Shown: piece after piece, positions 50,201 through 62,935 of the stretch | Layout: each line of letters opens with the position of its first letter | Position numbering within the stretch: position 1 is the first letter of the stretch | Source of the DNA: Marsupella aquatica | Taxonomy: Eukaryota; Plantae; Marchantiophyta | Assembly (NCBI GenBank): GCA_973895155.1 | Contig: OZ316893.1 | Location: 13,594,359-13,658,358 of the forward strand | DNA: 64,000 bases | Reading direction: 5' to 3' | The notes under the pieces: model-generated | What the model was told of the DNA's origin: nothing | Database searches by the model: none | The model's input: only the letters and a program-made list of their open reading frames with translations | Program-made: the position numbers and the translations under genes

Positions 50201-53200
50201 TTGATGGTGAACTTCAAGTCAGGTCGGGAGAGATAGTGATTTTGAAGGGGAGTAGACAAAAGAATTTGTATGTGTTACAGGGCAATACTATATGTGGAGA
50301 GGCCAATGTAACCAAGTCTCACGAGGAGATGACTCAACTGTGGCATTCACGGCTAGGCCACATGAGTGAGAAGGGTTTGGCTATCTTACGGAAGAATGGA
50401 CTCATTTCTGATTTGCAATCTTGTAAATTAGAGTTTTGTGAGCATTGCATTCTTGGAAAGCAGCATCGTCGTGCTTTTGGTGTTGGAACTCATCGTTCCA
50501 AAGCGGTTCTTGAGTACATACATAGTGACGTGTGAGGTCCATCCCCGACTCCCTCACACTCTGGAAAGTTGTACTATGTATCATTTATTGATGATTACTT
50601 AAGATTTATGTGGATTTATTTCATGACGCATAAGTCTGATGTCTTGTCCATTTTTAAGAAGTGGAAGGCCCAGGTGGAAAATCAGACTGGAAACACGATC
50701 AAGTGTTTGGATACAAGGGTGAACAGTCTGAGGTCAGACAACGGCGGGGAGTACACTTCAATGGAATTTGAAGAGTACTGTTCAGAACAGGGGATAACTC
50801 GCCATCTCACCACAGTTTATACTCCGCAGCAGAATGGTGTCGTTGAGAGGCTCAATCGGACACTGTTGGAGCGGTCACGGAGTATGTTGAGCCAATTAGG
50901 TTTACCACAAGAATTTTGGGCAGAATCTGTCAATACCGCAGCTTATTTGGTAAATCTTTCTCCTTCTAGTGCTATCAATTTCAAAACGCCGTTTGAGATG
51001 CGCTATAAGCGGCAAATAGACTATCATGGCTTGGTAGTTTTTGGAAATGATGCATATGCTCTCACACCGAAGCAGAATAGGACCAAGTTGGATCCTACCT
51101 CCAAGAAATGTGTTTTTCTTGGGTACCAGAGTGGTGTGAAAGCCTATAGGCTATGGGATCCTATTGCCTGTAAGCTCGTTGTCAGTAGGGATGTTTCCTT
51201 CAATGAATCCAGATTATTGAAGGAGGGGGAGAATACTCAGGTCTCCCGTACTGACAAAGGAAAATCTCCTATCCTGGATCTCGTTGAGGGGGAGATTGGT
51301 TATGAGGTGCATGACCGGAGAGAAGGAGTTGCTCCAATTATGGAGCTGGTTCCTGTGCTAGAGGAACCAGAGGAGTTTGTTGATGCTGGTGAGCAGCAAG
51401 TGGATGCTGTTGAGCTTCAAATTGTACCAGCACACGCAGATCAATCGGAGTCATCGGCTAGAAGAACATCTGGTCGCATTGTTCGCGCTACACCAAGGTA
51501 TGGACAGTGGGTTGATTCATCTCAACTGCAAGAGGATGATTTTACAACTGATGATGAGGGTGATGCGTTAATTTTGGAAGAAGGGGAACCCTCTTCATTT
51601 CATGAGGCAAGTGCTTCAAAGGAGAAGCAGAAGTGGACTGCAGCAATGCAAACGGAGATGCAGTCACTAAAGGACAACAAAACTTGGGAGCTTGTTAAGC
51701 TGCCTAAGGGTCAGCAAGTGGTGGACAACAAGTGGATCTACAAGCTAAAGGATAATTCCATAGGAAATGGATCGAAGGTCTACAAGGCTAGGTTGGTAGC
51801 AAAGGGATTCACACAAGAGAAAGGGTGGATTACAATGAGGTCTTCTCACCAGTTGCTAAGTACTCTACAATACGACTATTGTGTGTACTTGTTGTAATGT
51901 TTGGTCTGCTGCTAGATCAAATGGATGTTGTCACAGCTTTCCTCTATGGCACATTGGAAGAGGTGATCTTCATGAGACAACCGCTAGGTTTTGTGAAGAG
52001 AGGACAGGAGGAATTGGTTTGCAGATTGCTGAAATCCTTGTATGGGTTGAAGCAGTCACCAAGACAGTGGAACAAGTGGTTTGACGATTGGATTCGGTCA
52101 CAAGGTTTTCACAGAAGTGTATTTGACCCTTGTGTGTATTTGAAACCGATAAAGAATGTTGTCTTTGGGTTCATTATTTTAGTATTTTATGTGGATGATA
52201 TGCTAATTGCAACCAAGGATAGGTCTGAGATTGTTAAGCTCAAGGCACTGCTTAGTGCAGAGTTTAAGATGAAGGACTTAGGGCCAGCTAAGAGGATTTT
52301 GGGTATGGAGATCACTAGGGGCTTGGAGGCTGGCAAGCTATGGTTGACGCAGAGCAGTTATGCGAGGAAGGTAATTGCAAGGTTCAACATGGGGAATAGC
52401 AAGCCAGTAAGTACCCCGTTGGCTCCATACTTCAAGTTATCATCAGCGTTCTGTCCTACGGATGACACAGAGAAGGGGTTCATGTCAAAGGTTCCGTATG
52501 ACAAGGCAGTGGGGAGTCTCATGTATTTGATGACTTGCACTAGACCTGATCTTGCCATGGCTATGGGCAAGGTGAGCAGGTACATGTCGAATCCAAGGAA
52601 GGTACACTGGGAAGCAGTGAAGTGGATTATCAGGTACTTGAAGTTTACCGTGGATCATGGTCTTTTATTTGATGCGAATGCAAAGAATGCTAAATCATTG
52701 ATTGGCTATGTTGATTCTGACTATGAACAAGATTTGGACCGAAGGAGATCAATAACAGGATACGTGTTCACACTTGGTGGTGGATGCATAAGTTGGAGGT
52801 CTACTTTGCAGAAGTGTATTGCTCAGTCTACTACAGAAGCGGAGTATGTTGCAGCTGCGGAAGCAGCAAAGGAAGCGATTTGGTTGGATAGACTTATCAC
52901 TGAAATAGGATTGCCACAGGGGAATATGAAGCTCCATTGTGATAGTCAAAGTGCGCTCCACCTTGCTGTGAACCAGGTGATGGAGAGCAGAGTGAAGCAC
53001 ATTGACGTCAGGTACCATTTTATCAGGCAGGTTGTGTTTGATAATTTGTTTGAGCTAGTCAAGATTGATGGTAAACTCAACCCCGTTGACGCATTTACCA
53101 AAGTGATTCCTTTGGAGAGTTTCTCAAGACACCGTGACATATTACAGGTTTTGCAATTGCATCACAAGTAGAGTTTTCTTAACATTCATTGTAATTACTG

Positions 53201-53764
53201 ATATATGCTCTTCCTCATTCCTATGTATTAGGCTACGGCTTAGTTCTGGTTTGCTCTAGTTAGAGAGCGAAACCGGTTTGGTTTTTGTCCAGAACTTCCC
53301 GCTGAGGGATCATATACATTGGCAGTATTACTCTCCCCTAGACCAGAGTCAAGGGGAAGATTGTTGGGTATTTACTCTTACGTCTAGGTTAGGTATGACG
53401 TGGTTGGTACAACAACGTGGGTTGGTACAACTACGTGGTTAGGTACAACTATGTGGTTAGGTACAACTACGTGATTAGGTACAACTATGTGGTTAGGTAC
53501 AACTAAGTTGCACACTATATCATAAGAGGCATGTGTGCTTGGAGAGGTAGAACCAAGGCTCATTGTTATGGAGCCACTTGAGAGATAGGGAGAGCTTACA
53601 CTGTGGAGACTCGGTATAGCCGACGGGCTTAGAGTTCAGTAAAGCTCTCTTGTGTGTTCCCGTGGAGGTAGCCTCAAGGAGGTGAACCACGTATCTTTTG
53701 TGTCGACTATTGTGCGTTGGATGGTTCATGGGCTTGCCGTTGCGATCGTCGTCTATGCTCAACA
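47284..53764 (+). mobile_element. Full-length Ty1/Copia LTR retrotransposon (inactivated)
   Basis: LTRs at 47284-47704 and 53362-53764 (TGTT..AACA). 5-bp TSD AATCC (47279-83, 53765-69). tRNA-iMet PBS TGGTATCAGAGC at 47707. PPT AAGGGGAAGA at 53351. Confidence 0.97.
48859..53171 (+). pseudogene. Copia gag-pol (gag, Zn knuckle, PR, GAG-pre-IN, IN, RT, RNase H) with stops and frameshifts
   Basis: Motifs CWKCNQVGH, WILD(C)VCSFH protease, WHSRLGH..CEHC, LRSDNGGEY, PQQNGVVER, YKARLVAKGF, LYGLKQSPRQW, YVDDMLI, STTEAEY and KHIDVRYHF. Stops at 49608 and 50535; frameshifts near 49890 and 51825. Confidence 0.95.
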
Positions 53765-56415
53765 AATCCAATACCTTACCTTGCCGGCCAGGGAGTGTCC
53801 ATATAGCATGCTCATCCTGGAACATGCTTACATATTTGTCTTGTAGTGATTCTCTTTCAACGAGAGGTAGAATACTTTCTCACTTTGAAAAAGACAATTA
53901 CATTAACTATTGTACAATGTGTTTAACTATTGTACTGTGGGTACAATATTTGTTGAAGAGAAATAAGTGAACTTTTTAACCTTTAATTTTGAGCTGTATT
54001 TTTAGGGACTCTTTATTCAGGTGACACTTATTGATGTATAAACCATAAGTATTGTAAAGTTATCAACCAACGGGGATATAAGCTACAGGACATCCAACTG
54101 TTGAGTTCTAGTTGCCCGGTTGAGTTTGGTGGAGAGTCTCTCCTTCTCAGAAGTAAGGACTACTTGAACAAAGCAAAGTAGAGTAGTAAAAAGATCAACA
54201 TTTACTCTAAAGTACCTGAGTTAAAACTAAGGCATTTAAAAAATTACGGGGGTTAGAAGAAAATACTAAATTTGAAATAATACAAAGCATAAGCCTAGAC
54301 TAGGTCAAATGCATATAAAAATACATGACAAGAAACATGAGTAAGACAAGACAACCAAAAGGTATTCTGCCATATAGCAGCCTCCAATACCTTACCTTGC
54401 CGGCCAGGGATGTCCACTATACCTTTACCTTGGCTGGTATAAGGAAAGCCCTATACCGGCCTGGTTTTGACAGGACAAAATTTGGTCACGGACTATTCTC
54501 ATGGAAAATAAAATACTCCTCAGTATTGGGTCTCCTGCCTTTGGGGATCCTGTGAGTGTTTTAAAAACACTTTGTTCCTTGGCAGTGTGTTATATATAGA
54601 TACTACCATATCCATATCCATATCCAAGGAGCCCAGCCTGTCCTGTACATTGTATGGTGAGCTGCTGTTCTGTGGCTACAAGGAAGTTGACACTAGAGGA
54701 TTTGAGCCAAAAGATTGAACGGTATCACTCGAGCAGGTTGTGTCGGTCGTGTGTGTGGTTATGAGGGACTTACTCTCGGAGCTTTCGAGAGCCAGAAATT
54801 GCAGTGAATCGCTGGAGCAGGTTGTTGGATTCATGCTGAAAGACAACCTCTTGGAAACGGTTCATCGGTGTGGAGTAGAACAACACCACTGATTAGACAT
54901 CACACAGTACAGTACTTGATCTTTTTGGGAGTTGTGCTCTTTCAACAACACTGGAGCAGGTTCTAGCTTTTCACTCTAAAGGAGAACATCTTGGAAGTGA
55001 TCAACGAAGCAGAGTAGAACAGCGGAACCCAACAACTGAGCATAGCACAGCTTCACATTTTGGGGGTTGAGGGATTTATGGAGACGAACAACATCTTGAA
55101 CTGGCTGAACAAGACTCACGAGAACAATGGCTGATCGATCAGAGCAGTAGTTCATACCTTGTTGGGATTAGCCTATTTAGAAATCGAGCATTGGCAAATT
55201 TTCCATTTCACGGAGGCCGGCGGAACGCAAGCAATCAAGCAGTCCGTTTTGTGGATGGATCAATGAGGACCATTCCAGCATTGTGGGAGATGTTTCTAAT
55301 AATACGAGCTTGACGGTTTCGCTTCTTGTCGTGACACAGCCGTGAAGTCCGTGTGCAACCGACTACCGTATGCAACAGGAAGGTAATGTATTATGTTCTG
55401 CTTGTGGGACCTTTCAGCTCAAGCGCAATGCACTCGGGGGGATTTTAAATTGTTACATGTTACTTATGAGCCTTTCAGCTCAATTGGAACTGCGTTGGGT
55501 GAAGTGCTCCATCTTGACGCATTATTCGAGCAGAGTCCAGTCTCCGGCTGTTTGCAATGCACACTTCTCTCTCGCTGCGTACAATTGGTACACGAGAATC
55601 ATTCGATCGTTTTCGTCTTTGAACTTTCCTGCTTTGGGTCGAGGAAACAGGTTCTCATGGTGATGATCGTTTTCATCTTTGATCTTTTCTGCTGTGGGTC
55701 GAGGAAACAGGTAGAGGGACTGTTTCTTCCTCGATGAGGTTACGAATAAGTGATCCTGTGCAGTCATCAAGGAGAATGTTTTCTTGACAAAATACATGAA
55801 ATGTCAAGAAAATAGACATAATTCAATTTAAGTGGAATGACAGTCTCCCAATTTCGACGAGGCTGCAAAACATATTGGGCAGCCTCCGTGGGAAACTTGG
55901 TGTTACATATAAATGGATTCCTGGTCCCAAGTCTAGGCGAGGTTCAAAGAATCACTTTTAATTCCGCAAAGAATGATTTTGTACAAAATTCTTGGGGCAG
56001 CGCTACGGTGCAAACTGAAATACCAAGGGACAGCGTATACAGATCATATACAAGTGCTATCCCCACAATTTGGTCCTCTGCTGAGATGAGATATCGGACT
56101 ATCTTGTCCTCTATATGAGTACAACGTCAATGGAGAGAAATAAGCGTAGTGCTTCAGATCTTGTCCATTCGAATGAGAGAGTCGCACTTTCTCAATCTCA
56201 ACAATAGTAAATCATAGACTGATCTATGTACACTAGTAACCACTGTGTTCAAGGCTGGTCAGTACCTTATCTTTTCAAGACATGACACTAAAATTCGAAC
56301 GTCACAAAGCCTTGCTTCATATGCCACACAACCTTCGGCACATCCCAAAAAGAATGTTCTCGACTGAGAAAGAACTGGTCTGCATAACGTAGCCTTCGTG
56401 CTGCCCTTGTCGAAA

Positions 56416-59125
56416 TCAATAGTCACTGCTTAAAGAAAACTGTGGAATCATTGAAGGTCCCTCCAGATCCAAGCCTGTGGAACCCCATGACGTTGGACTG
56501 CAAGACGCACCTACATTTCGAACCCGTTTCTTCAAGTGGTCCATGCTTCCGACTCGCTGCATGGAAGGGGTGCGGCTCATCTTCACTCCTTGCTGCACAG
56601 TCTCAGAAATAGACTGTTCCACTTGATGCTGGCTATTCATCTGGGCTGGAGCAACAGCGGTCCTAGGTGGAGGCATCATAAAGGAATGGTTGGAACGTCC
56701 ATCCGGCATGTTGCGGGAACCTGATTCCCAGCCAAACCCATGGGACGCAGCAGGCAACTCTTGTGGTCCATGACTGGAAGGCCTATGATGCTGGCCGTGC
56801 GAGCGAGCCATGCTCAACTGCCGGTGGAGTGCTGAGGCAGCCAATAACTGTAGAAACAACCAAAACCAATCCAGTACTTCAGCCCAACATTTCCGTCAAA
56901 GCCATCGAACTGTGAAAAGTCAATGTTTTAGAGTCAATGTTTGTACCTTAGCTTTCAGCATCTCAACGTATGTTTTCAACTGAAGGTTGTCCTTTGACGC
57001 GTCCTTCAATTTCTGGTTGGTAGTATGCAAGCTCTCCGCCAAAGTTGAATTCTGCACCCGTAATTGGGCGACCTAGAAAGGTGACAAAAGATGCTGATCA
57101 GAGGGAATGAAGCCCTCGTCTTACATGCGAACCTAACAAACACCTTCTTCATCATAAATAAAACGATTCTCAGAGACTCAATAGCCATTGTTCAAAGGAG
57201 AGTTTTGAAAACTTGGTAGAGAAGGAACGAAGTGCAACAAACAAGCCGTCCGGATCGTTTCAAAGTAAGTACCTGTGATTCCAATTCATTCAAATGAGCT
57301 TGTTTTCTTCTTCTGGATCGTCTGGCAGATTCCCTATTCGAGAGCATCCTGCATCATCATATACACGGATCTTGTCAGCTTGATTCCTCCCAATAAAATC
57401 TTTCTCGAAGCCGCTCAGCTAAATCAACTACCTGACTCATGACAAAGCCAGAACCAACAAATCAAAGTAGACAGGACAGATACTTTTTTTAAGAAGTATA
57501 GTTCCACCGAAAATCCAGACAACTGACCAGATGATGTTGCCCTTCAAAATCGATCTCTCCTATCACTCTCTATGGAAACGGACTCGAGCTATGCTTTGTA
57601 TCAAGGTGAACGTTGTGATGATCCACTCGAGTTAGATGATGAACTAACCTTTTCACACGCTTCTCATTTCCTGGCTCCAAGTTTTGCTCGTTCTCACCGT
57701 CCTCGTCATCAGACTGGTCCTGCGATGACCCACTGGTGACCGGTTTACTGGGCAGATGGGCCGGTGTCAGGAGTCCTCCAGATGATGCTTCAACACCTGA
57801 AAAAATGTTCAGTCAATAATGGGTGTGCTTCTGTCAGAACATCAATTGCCAAAAGACAGCAAAATCGCGTTCTTCTTGCCTTCGACACAAGAGCACGACA
57901 GCGTCTGCGAATTGCGCTTCCATCGATAGAAGTGAGATTTAAACCTCAAATGCCCGTCTTGCGGACGCAAACGGACAGCGCATATTCCTTTTCGTGGACT
58001 TAAAAACGACAGAACATAATTTACAGCATATAATTTGTTGACTGTCGGCCGCTCTTTCCCGAAGGTGACATTCACAAGCAAGAACTAAAGCAAATAAAAA
58101 ACCATCCACCACAGTTGGATTTAAATTTAATGACTAGGAGGCAAATTAAAACCTTATTCATACCAAATTGTCCTGACGTTGCTCCGTTTCTATGTCGGAG
58201 CCCAGATTGGTCCGTCTCCGATAGACCTAACACACCTTCCTGCACACCCAAAATGGAATCGGTCAATCCAAGTCCACCATAGGGACACTTATTGGATAAA
58301 CACTTCAAATCTGCCAACATACATGCTGACCAGATGACAATAGAACTACTCTTCTGGATGAGTCTCGAACAGGAGCAAATTTGTTTTAATTGGGGGGGAA
58401 GCAAGATCATGGAGCAATAGCATGCGGCCAGGATCAAACGAAGATGAGCACTATCATGAAGAAAGTATTGGCAGCCAACCTGAAACAAAGATAGGGTAAC
58501 ATACCCGAGCCTTCCTAGCACGTAAGCAGGCTTCGGCCAATTTTTCTTGATAGTAGTAGTTGATCTCTTGAGGATCAGAAGTGGGAGTCATCTCACTGTG
58601 CAGCCCTGAAAACAAAGGATTCAAAGCTGCCTTGATCTCCGGCTCCTCAAACGCACTCTCCGCCGTCGTCTCCTTCGATTTAGGAGGGCCGTCCGAGTCT
58701 GGCTGATCGTCCACTTTTGGAGCTGCTCCTGCGGTGCTGCCGGTGGTCGGAGCAGAATCCTCGTGCTTCGGCTCTCTCAGCTTCGCCGGTTCCTCCTCCT
58801 CATCCTGTGTGGGAGCCTCTTCGTTCTCAGCTTCGTCTCGCAACGGCAGCACACGACAGAAGTCCTCATCATTCTCAGCTTCGTCGTCTGAAGAGACATA
58901 CGTTAGAGTGTCATTGCGAGACGGTTCCCGGCAAGTATGTTTGATAAATTCTTGGAAGGCGAACTCCGAAGCGCTCCGATTCAATCCAAACTGTGGATTG
59001 TATTCACTCTCACCGCCTCCATTTCCTGCTCCTGTCTCGCTGCCGCTCTGGACTCCAACAGTCAGATCGCCACCGCTATGCCAAAGCGTGCCTACAATGT
59101 CGTCCACGGAAAATATACGCTCCAT
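56416..59125 (-). CDS. Group-C bZIP transcription factor (bZIP63/Opaque2-like), 6 exons, ~492 aa
   Basis: Exons are 59125-58505, 58239-58164, 57796-57649, 57348-57273, 57072-56947 and 56847-56416 (GT-AG, 1479 nt). Motifs: [63 protein letters not shown], and C-terminal [20 protein letters not shown]. Confidence 0.92.
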
Positions 59126-60139
59126 CGCTTTTCGACCGCTCTACCGCACCAATCAGATGACCGCGCCGGCAGACCATTCAGCACTACACCTCACCTACAG
59201 TGCACCGAACTCACTGAAATGGCGCTCCAGACCAATCTGCAGCAAATCAAATTACAAGTCAGAAAGCCAAGGTCAACCAGTGCACTCTTCTGTGATGTGT
59301 GCGGCGTAAGGGAAGGTGTAATTAGGACATTAGGGGACAGGAAAACATCCCAAGATACACCAACTACATCTCGCCAGACTGTAAATCAATCCTTCTTAAT
59401 CGTTCATCGCGAGCGATCTCCTTTACCCCCACACTGCGGCAAGAATAAGGCAGCATTTTCTCTCAAAGAAAATGCGAATTATGAGATCGTGAGACTAATT
59501 AAGCCACAGAGAGAGTGAGAAATCATGAATGGAAAATCTCCAACCTCCTTTCGTGCTTCACGATTGAAGAAACTACGCGACGAAAAGGCTGGCATAGGCG
59601 ACGTGTGGGGGACTTTCAACGGAGTAGAAGAAGAGGTCGTAATAGATAAGATACTGCTTGAATTACATTTGCAACCTCGAGAAAACGACATCAACTCGCC
59701 AAACGCAGCAGATGAGCTCATGATCTTCATTTTCATCGAATAATCAAATCTCTCTTCCGCCAATGAAATGAAAAGGAACCCGTGGCCTCCTACCCCATCG
59801 AGCACCAAAATCTGGGCACAACACTACCTTAAAACCGTCTTACCTGACAACAAAAGAGAATCTATCCACGCGCGAATGGCCGTAGCGCTGGAGCTCACCG
59901 CCGCCACGAGCCGATACAACAGTACAACACCGATATACTCAACAATCCGTCCGCAAGTTCTGCCGTTGTTTCTCAACTTCTCGCCATTGACGAAGGACTA
60001 GAATGCAGCACCACGTCCGTTGTATCCTTTCAAACTCTCTCCACGTGTCTCTGCAACTGGTCTCTCTCTTCCCTGTATCCTCTGTGACGCAATTCGCGCA
60101 GAACGCAATCCCCGCACGCACACGGCTCCCTCAGCCTCG

Positions 60140-60310
60140 GGCAGGCAGGCAGGCAGGCACGGAGAGGAGAGGAGAGGAGAGGAGGAGAAGCAAGGCCGCA
60201 ATGAGCGAGAGAGAGAGCGAGAGAGAGAGAGAAAGAGAGAGCGGCGAGGAGACGCAAGGCCAGGCAAGAAAGGAAAAAGGAGAAAATGTGCAGCTCGCTC
60301 TCTTATAAAG
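60140..60310 (-). promoter_or_regulatory. Likely TATA box and CT-rich 5' leader of the bZIP gene
   Basis: TTTATAAG on the minus strand at ~60302-60309, followed by CT/CCTCT/GCCT microsatellites typical of plant 5'UTRs. Confidence 0.4.
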
Positions 60311-62747
60311 GCAGCAGACGAGGAGCAGGGCAGCAGCAGAAACGAAATCGAGGCGAGGAGGTCCCCGTTTTCTTTGTCTCAACTCAAAGGCGACGACGCA
60401 CGCGACCGCCCAACTTACGGCTGACTCTCAGAGGCGAGGCGAGGCGAGGCGATCAAGACCAGCGACGCAACAGAACCACGACGACAGCATCGACACCCAA
60501 AGATCCAGCCCGCCAGCCGGACTCTTCTGTCATCGACCGAATCAGGAGCAGCAGCGGCACGAGGACCCGGGACGAGCCCGATTGCGAATGCGTGCACCCA
60601 ACGCTATGCTCCGCGAACGCGAACGAACAAAAAAAACCTCTAGTCGGAGCCGTTCCTCCTTTTGACGCATCTCCGCCTCTCCCTTCTTCTCGAATCTCCT
60701 CATCGCTCGCTCATCATGCAGCACAGTAGCTCACCAGCAGCAGCAGCAGCAGCCAAACGCATTATCCATCGAGTTTATTCCCTCTATCCATTATCCATCG
60801 ACCAGCCTCCCTCGCCCGCTTCTTCCTCCTCCCTTCCTTCCCTGCCTTCCGTTATTCCTTCGTCTTCCTTCCCACGTTTCACCAACTTACTGTGCTGCAA
60901 CGGCTCGGCCTTTTCCGCTGCCGTGGCCCGTGGACGCCTCCCGTCCCCGGTCCCCGGTCCTCGGTCCCCGGTCCCCTCCGCTTTTCCGGCACGCGGTCAT
61001 TCACACTAGCTGCAGTCCTCTCCTTCCCGCCAGCGTCATTTTCGAGGTTCTTTCTTTTTCGCGAGTGCGGCGAATTTCACCTTTTTGAGGTTTCGTTTTT
61101 CCATCGTTTGAAGTGCATTAGAGATATCCGGAAAGTAAACCACAGTAGAGTTTAAACTATGGTATACGTAAACTCTAGGTGAAAATTGCTATTGGAATGT
61201 TTCGATGTACAATGGTGGTGGATTTGTTGTCCATATACAAGATCATGGTATTTTTACATATACAAAAAAAACAATGACGTTATCGTCAATTGGAATATAT
61301 TTAATAGCAAAGTAATTAAAAGTTGTTCTGTTTTTAAGCACATGTGATGAATGTCACTTTGTGCTCTTAAGGGTTTCTTTGTAGCTGGTGTCACGAATGT
61401 CACCTTTGAAGAGATTTCTTTTGCCATCTTTGGGTTTGTCATCTTAATTAAGGTTTTTTTTTCCTTTTTAGCTTTGAAATTGTTCACGATTTAAGGTTTT
61501 TCTTTTAGCCTTTGTAACTAATGTCCCTTTGTCATCTCATTTGTGAATTGAGCTTTCACTATAGAGACAGTCTTCTTTAGTCTGGTCCAATGAATGTATT
61601 GATATGTCTATCCTTGGCTTCATTTCAGTGTACCTCAGTCATCCTTCGTTTTATTCAAACATTGTGCTTCAACTTCATGGATAGGAGATTACAACTTGCA
61701 CATAAGATAGGGTAGCTTGGTGTTGATTCTGATTACGTTTCTTTCAATCTGCATCAAACGGAACTTCATATCTACACACAACACTTGGCTCTCTCTAAGT
61801 GCATACATGCCAGCCCTGATTGTGATCCCTTACCACATAAGTGCAATTTTTACTGTACTTAGAAATGAGATGCATTTACCAGTTAGTGTAAGTCAAAGAA
61901 ATTGTGCGCTCCCCATAATGTTCATAAACACTTATAGAATGTTTGAACTCATATATATGTCTTTCTTTTGCTGTAAGATCGTTTGGAAAAGAAAAGGAGA
62001 ACGAGAAACCTTGCAAATAGCCAGAGTTTGCACTCAAGAGTGCACTTAGCGAGCGCTGACCGTAACAGAGATTCCCAAAGATTCCCGTGCTCACTCGCCA
62101 ACTTTTAGCACGAATCAGATGAGGCAGCATTGCAGCAAGGTCCTGTACTTACCGATTATTTACGGTCGGTACAGTACTTGGGGACTCTTGGCGTTTCGAG
62201 ACGGTGCGACTCCAGAGTGGAGACTCAAGAGGCTACAGTGGAGAAGGCAGTAACGTAAACCCCGTTGCCAACTACAGTAGGATAGTGTAACTACAGTAGA
62301 GAGAGCCGTAAGGTGGAACCGAGTTGTCAACGATTTGCCAGCCGTCATTCTTTTTATACAGTACTTGACCCGACCCAAAACGGGGGAGGGGCGCCGGGCG
62401 ACTCTAACCCAGGTAAGCGAAACCCTAATAGTCTAACCCCGGCCCGCCGCCTGAAGTTGGTGAAAAAGCCCGGGCATAAAAATGCTGTCGCCGATTTGGG
62501 TGACCGCACACTTTGGGGCCGCGTACCATCCCACAAACAAATGGCCTGGACACCCGCATTTTGAATACTTTGAGACGCCCTAGTAGTGTCTTTAAAAAAA
62601 TATTTTTTAAATGTCTAAGAAGGGTTCCTTCACTCTTTCTACGGGTTCACTAGGGTTGAGTCTGCCAAGCCCCATAAAGGGAGACAGGATTCTAATGACA
62701 AGTACCCAAATAAAGGGTTGAAAAGTAAGGAAAACAAAGGAACACTA

Positions 62748-62935
62748 AAGAGCCATAAAGCCCAAGAGCTTGAGAGTCCCTAAAGAATGGCAAAAGAACT
62801 AAAGCTAGGAGCAACAAACTGAAAAGCTGGGTTGAAAAGGAAGGAAGAACAAGGGAAGGCCAAAGAGCCATAAAGCCCAAGAGCTTGAGAGTCACCAAAG
62901 AATGGCAAAAGAACTAAAGCTAGGAGCAACAAAAT
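62748..62935. repeat. ~75-bp direct repeat (period ~114)
   Basis: AAAGAGCCATAAAGCCCAAGAGCTTGAGAGTC..AAAGAATGGCAAAAGAACTAAAGCTAGGAGCAACAAA occurs at ~62748 and ~62862. Confidence 0.85.

Larger units (their letters stand above)
45771..54463 (+). mobile_element. Degenerate hAT DNA transposon interrupted by the Copia element
   Basis: 46200-46960 encodes frameshifted hAT motifs (MMLDP; WWR-like..YPVVGFLARQFLGIP..SQIEYERIFSIAG..KNWP dimerisation domain). ATACCTTACCT subterminal repeats occur on both sides of the Copia. Possible TIRs are CGGGCGGGTATA / TATACCGGCCTG. No TSD was seen, so the ends are approximate. Confidence 0.6.

Noticed and set aside
58734-59518. Long plus-strand ORFs (191 and 193 aa), and 38535-39209 on the minus strand
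   Set aside because: They are antisense shadows of the bZIP exon 1 and the eIF(iso)4G CDS.
59479-59808. Sucrose-responsive conserved uORF upstream of the bZIP
   Set aside because: There is no resemblance to the S1-bZIP SIRT peptide, and the gene is group C.
62370-62588. Possible CACTA end (CTAGTAGTG)
   Set aside because: No matching opposite terminus or TSD was identified.
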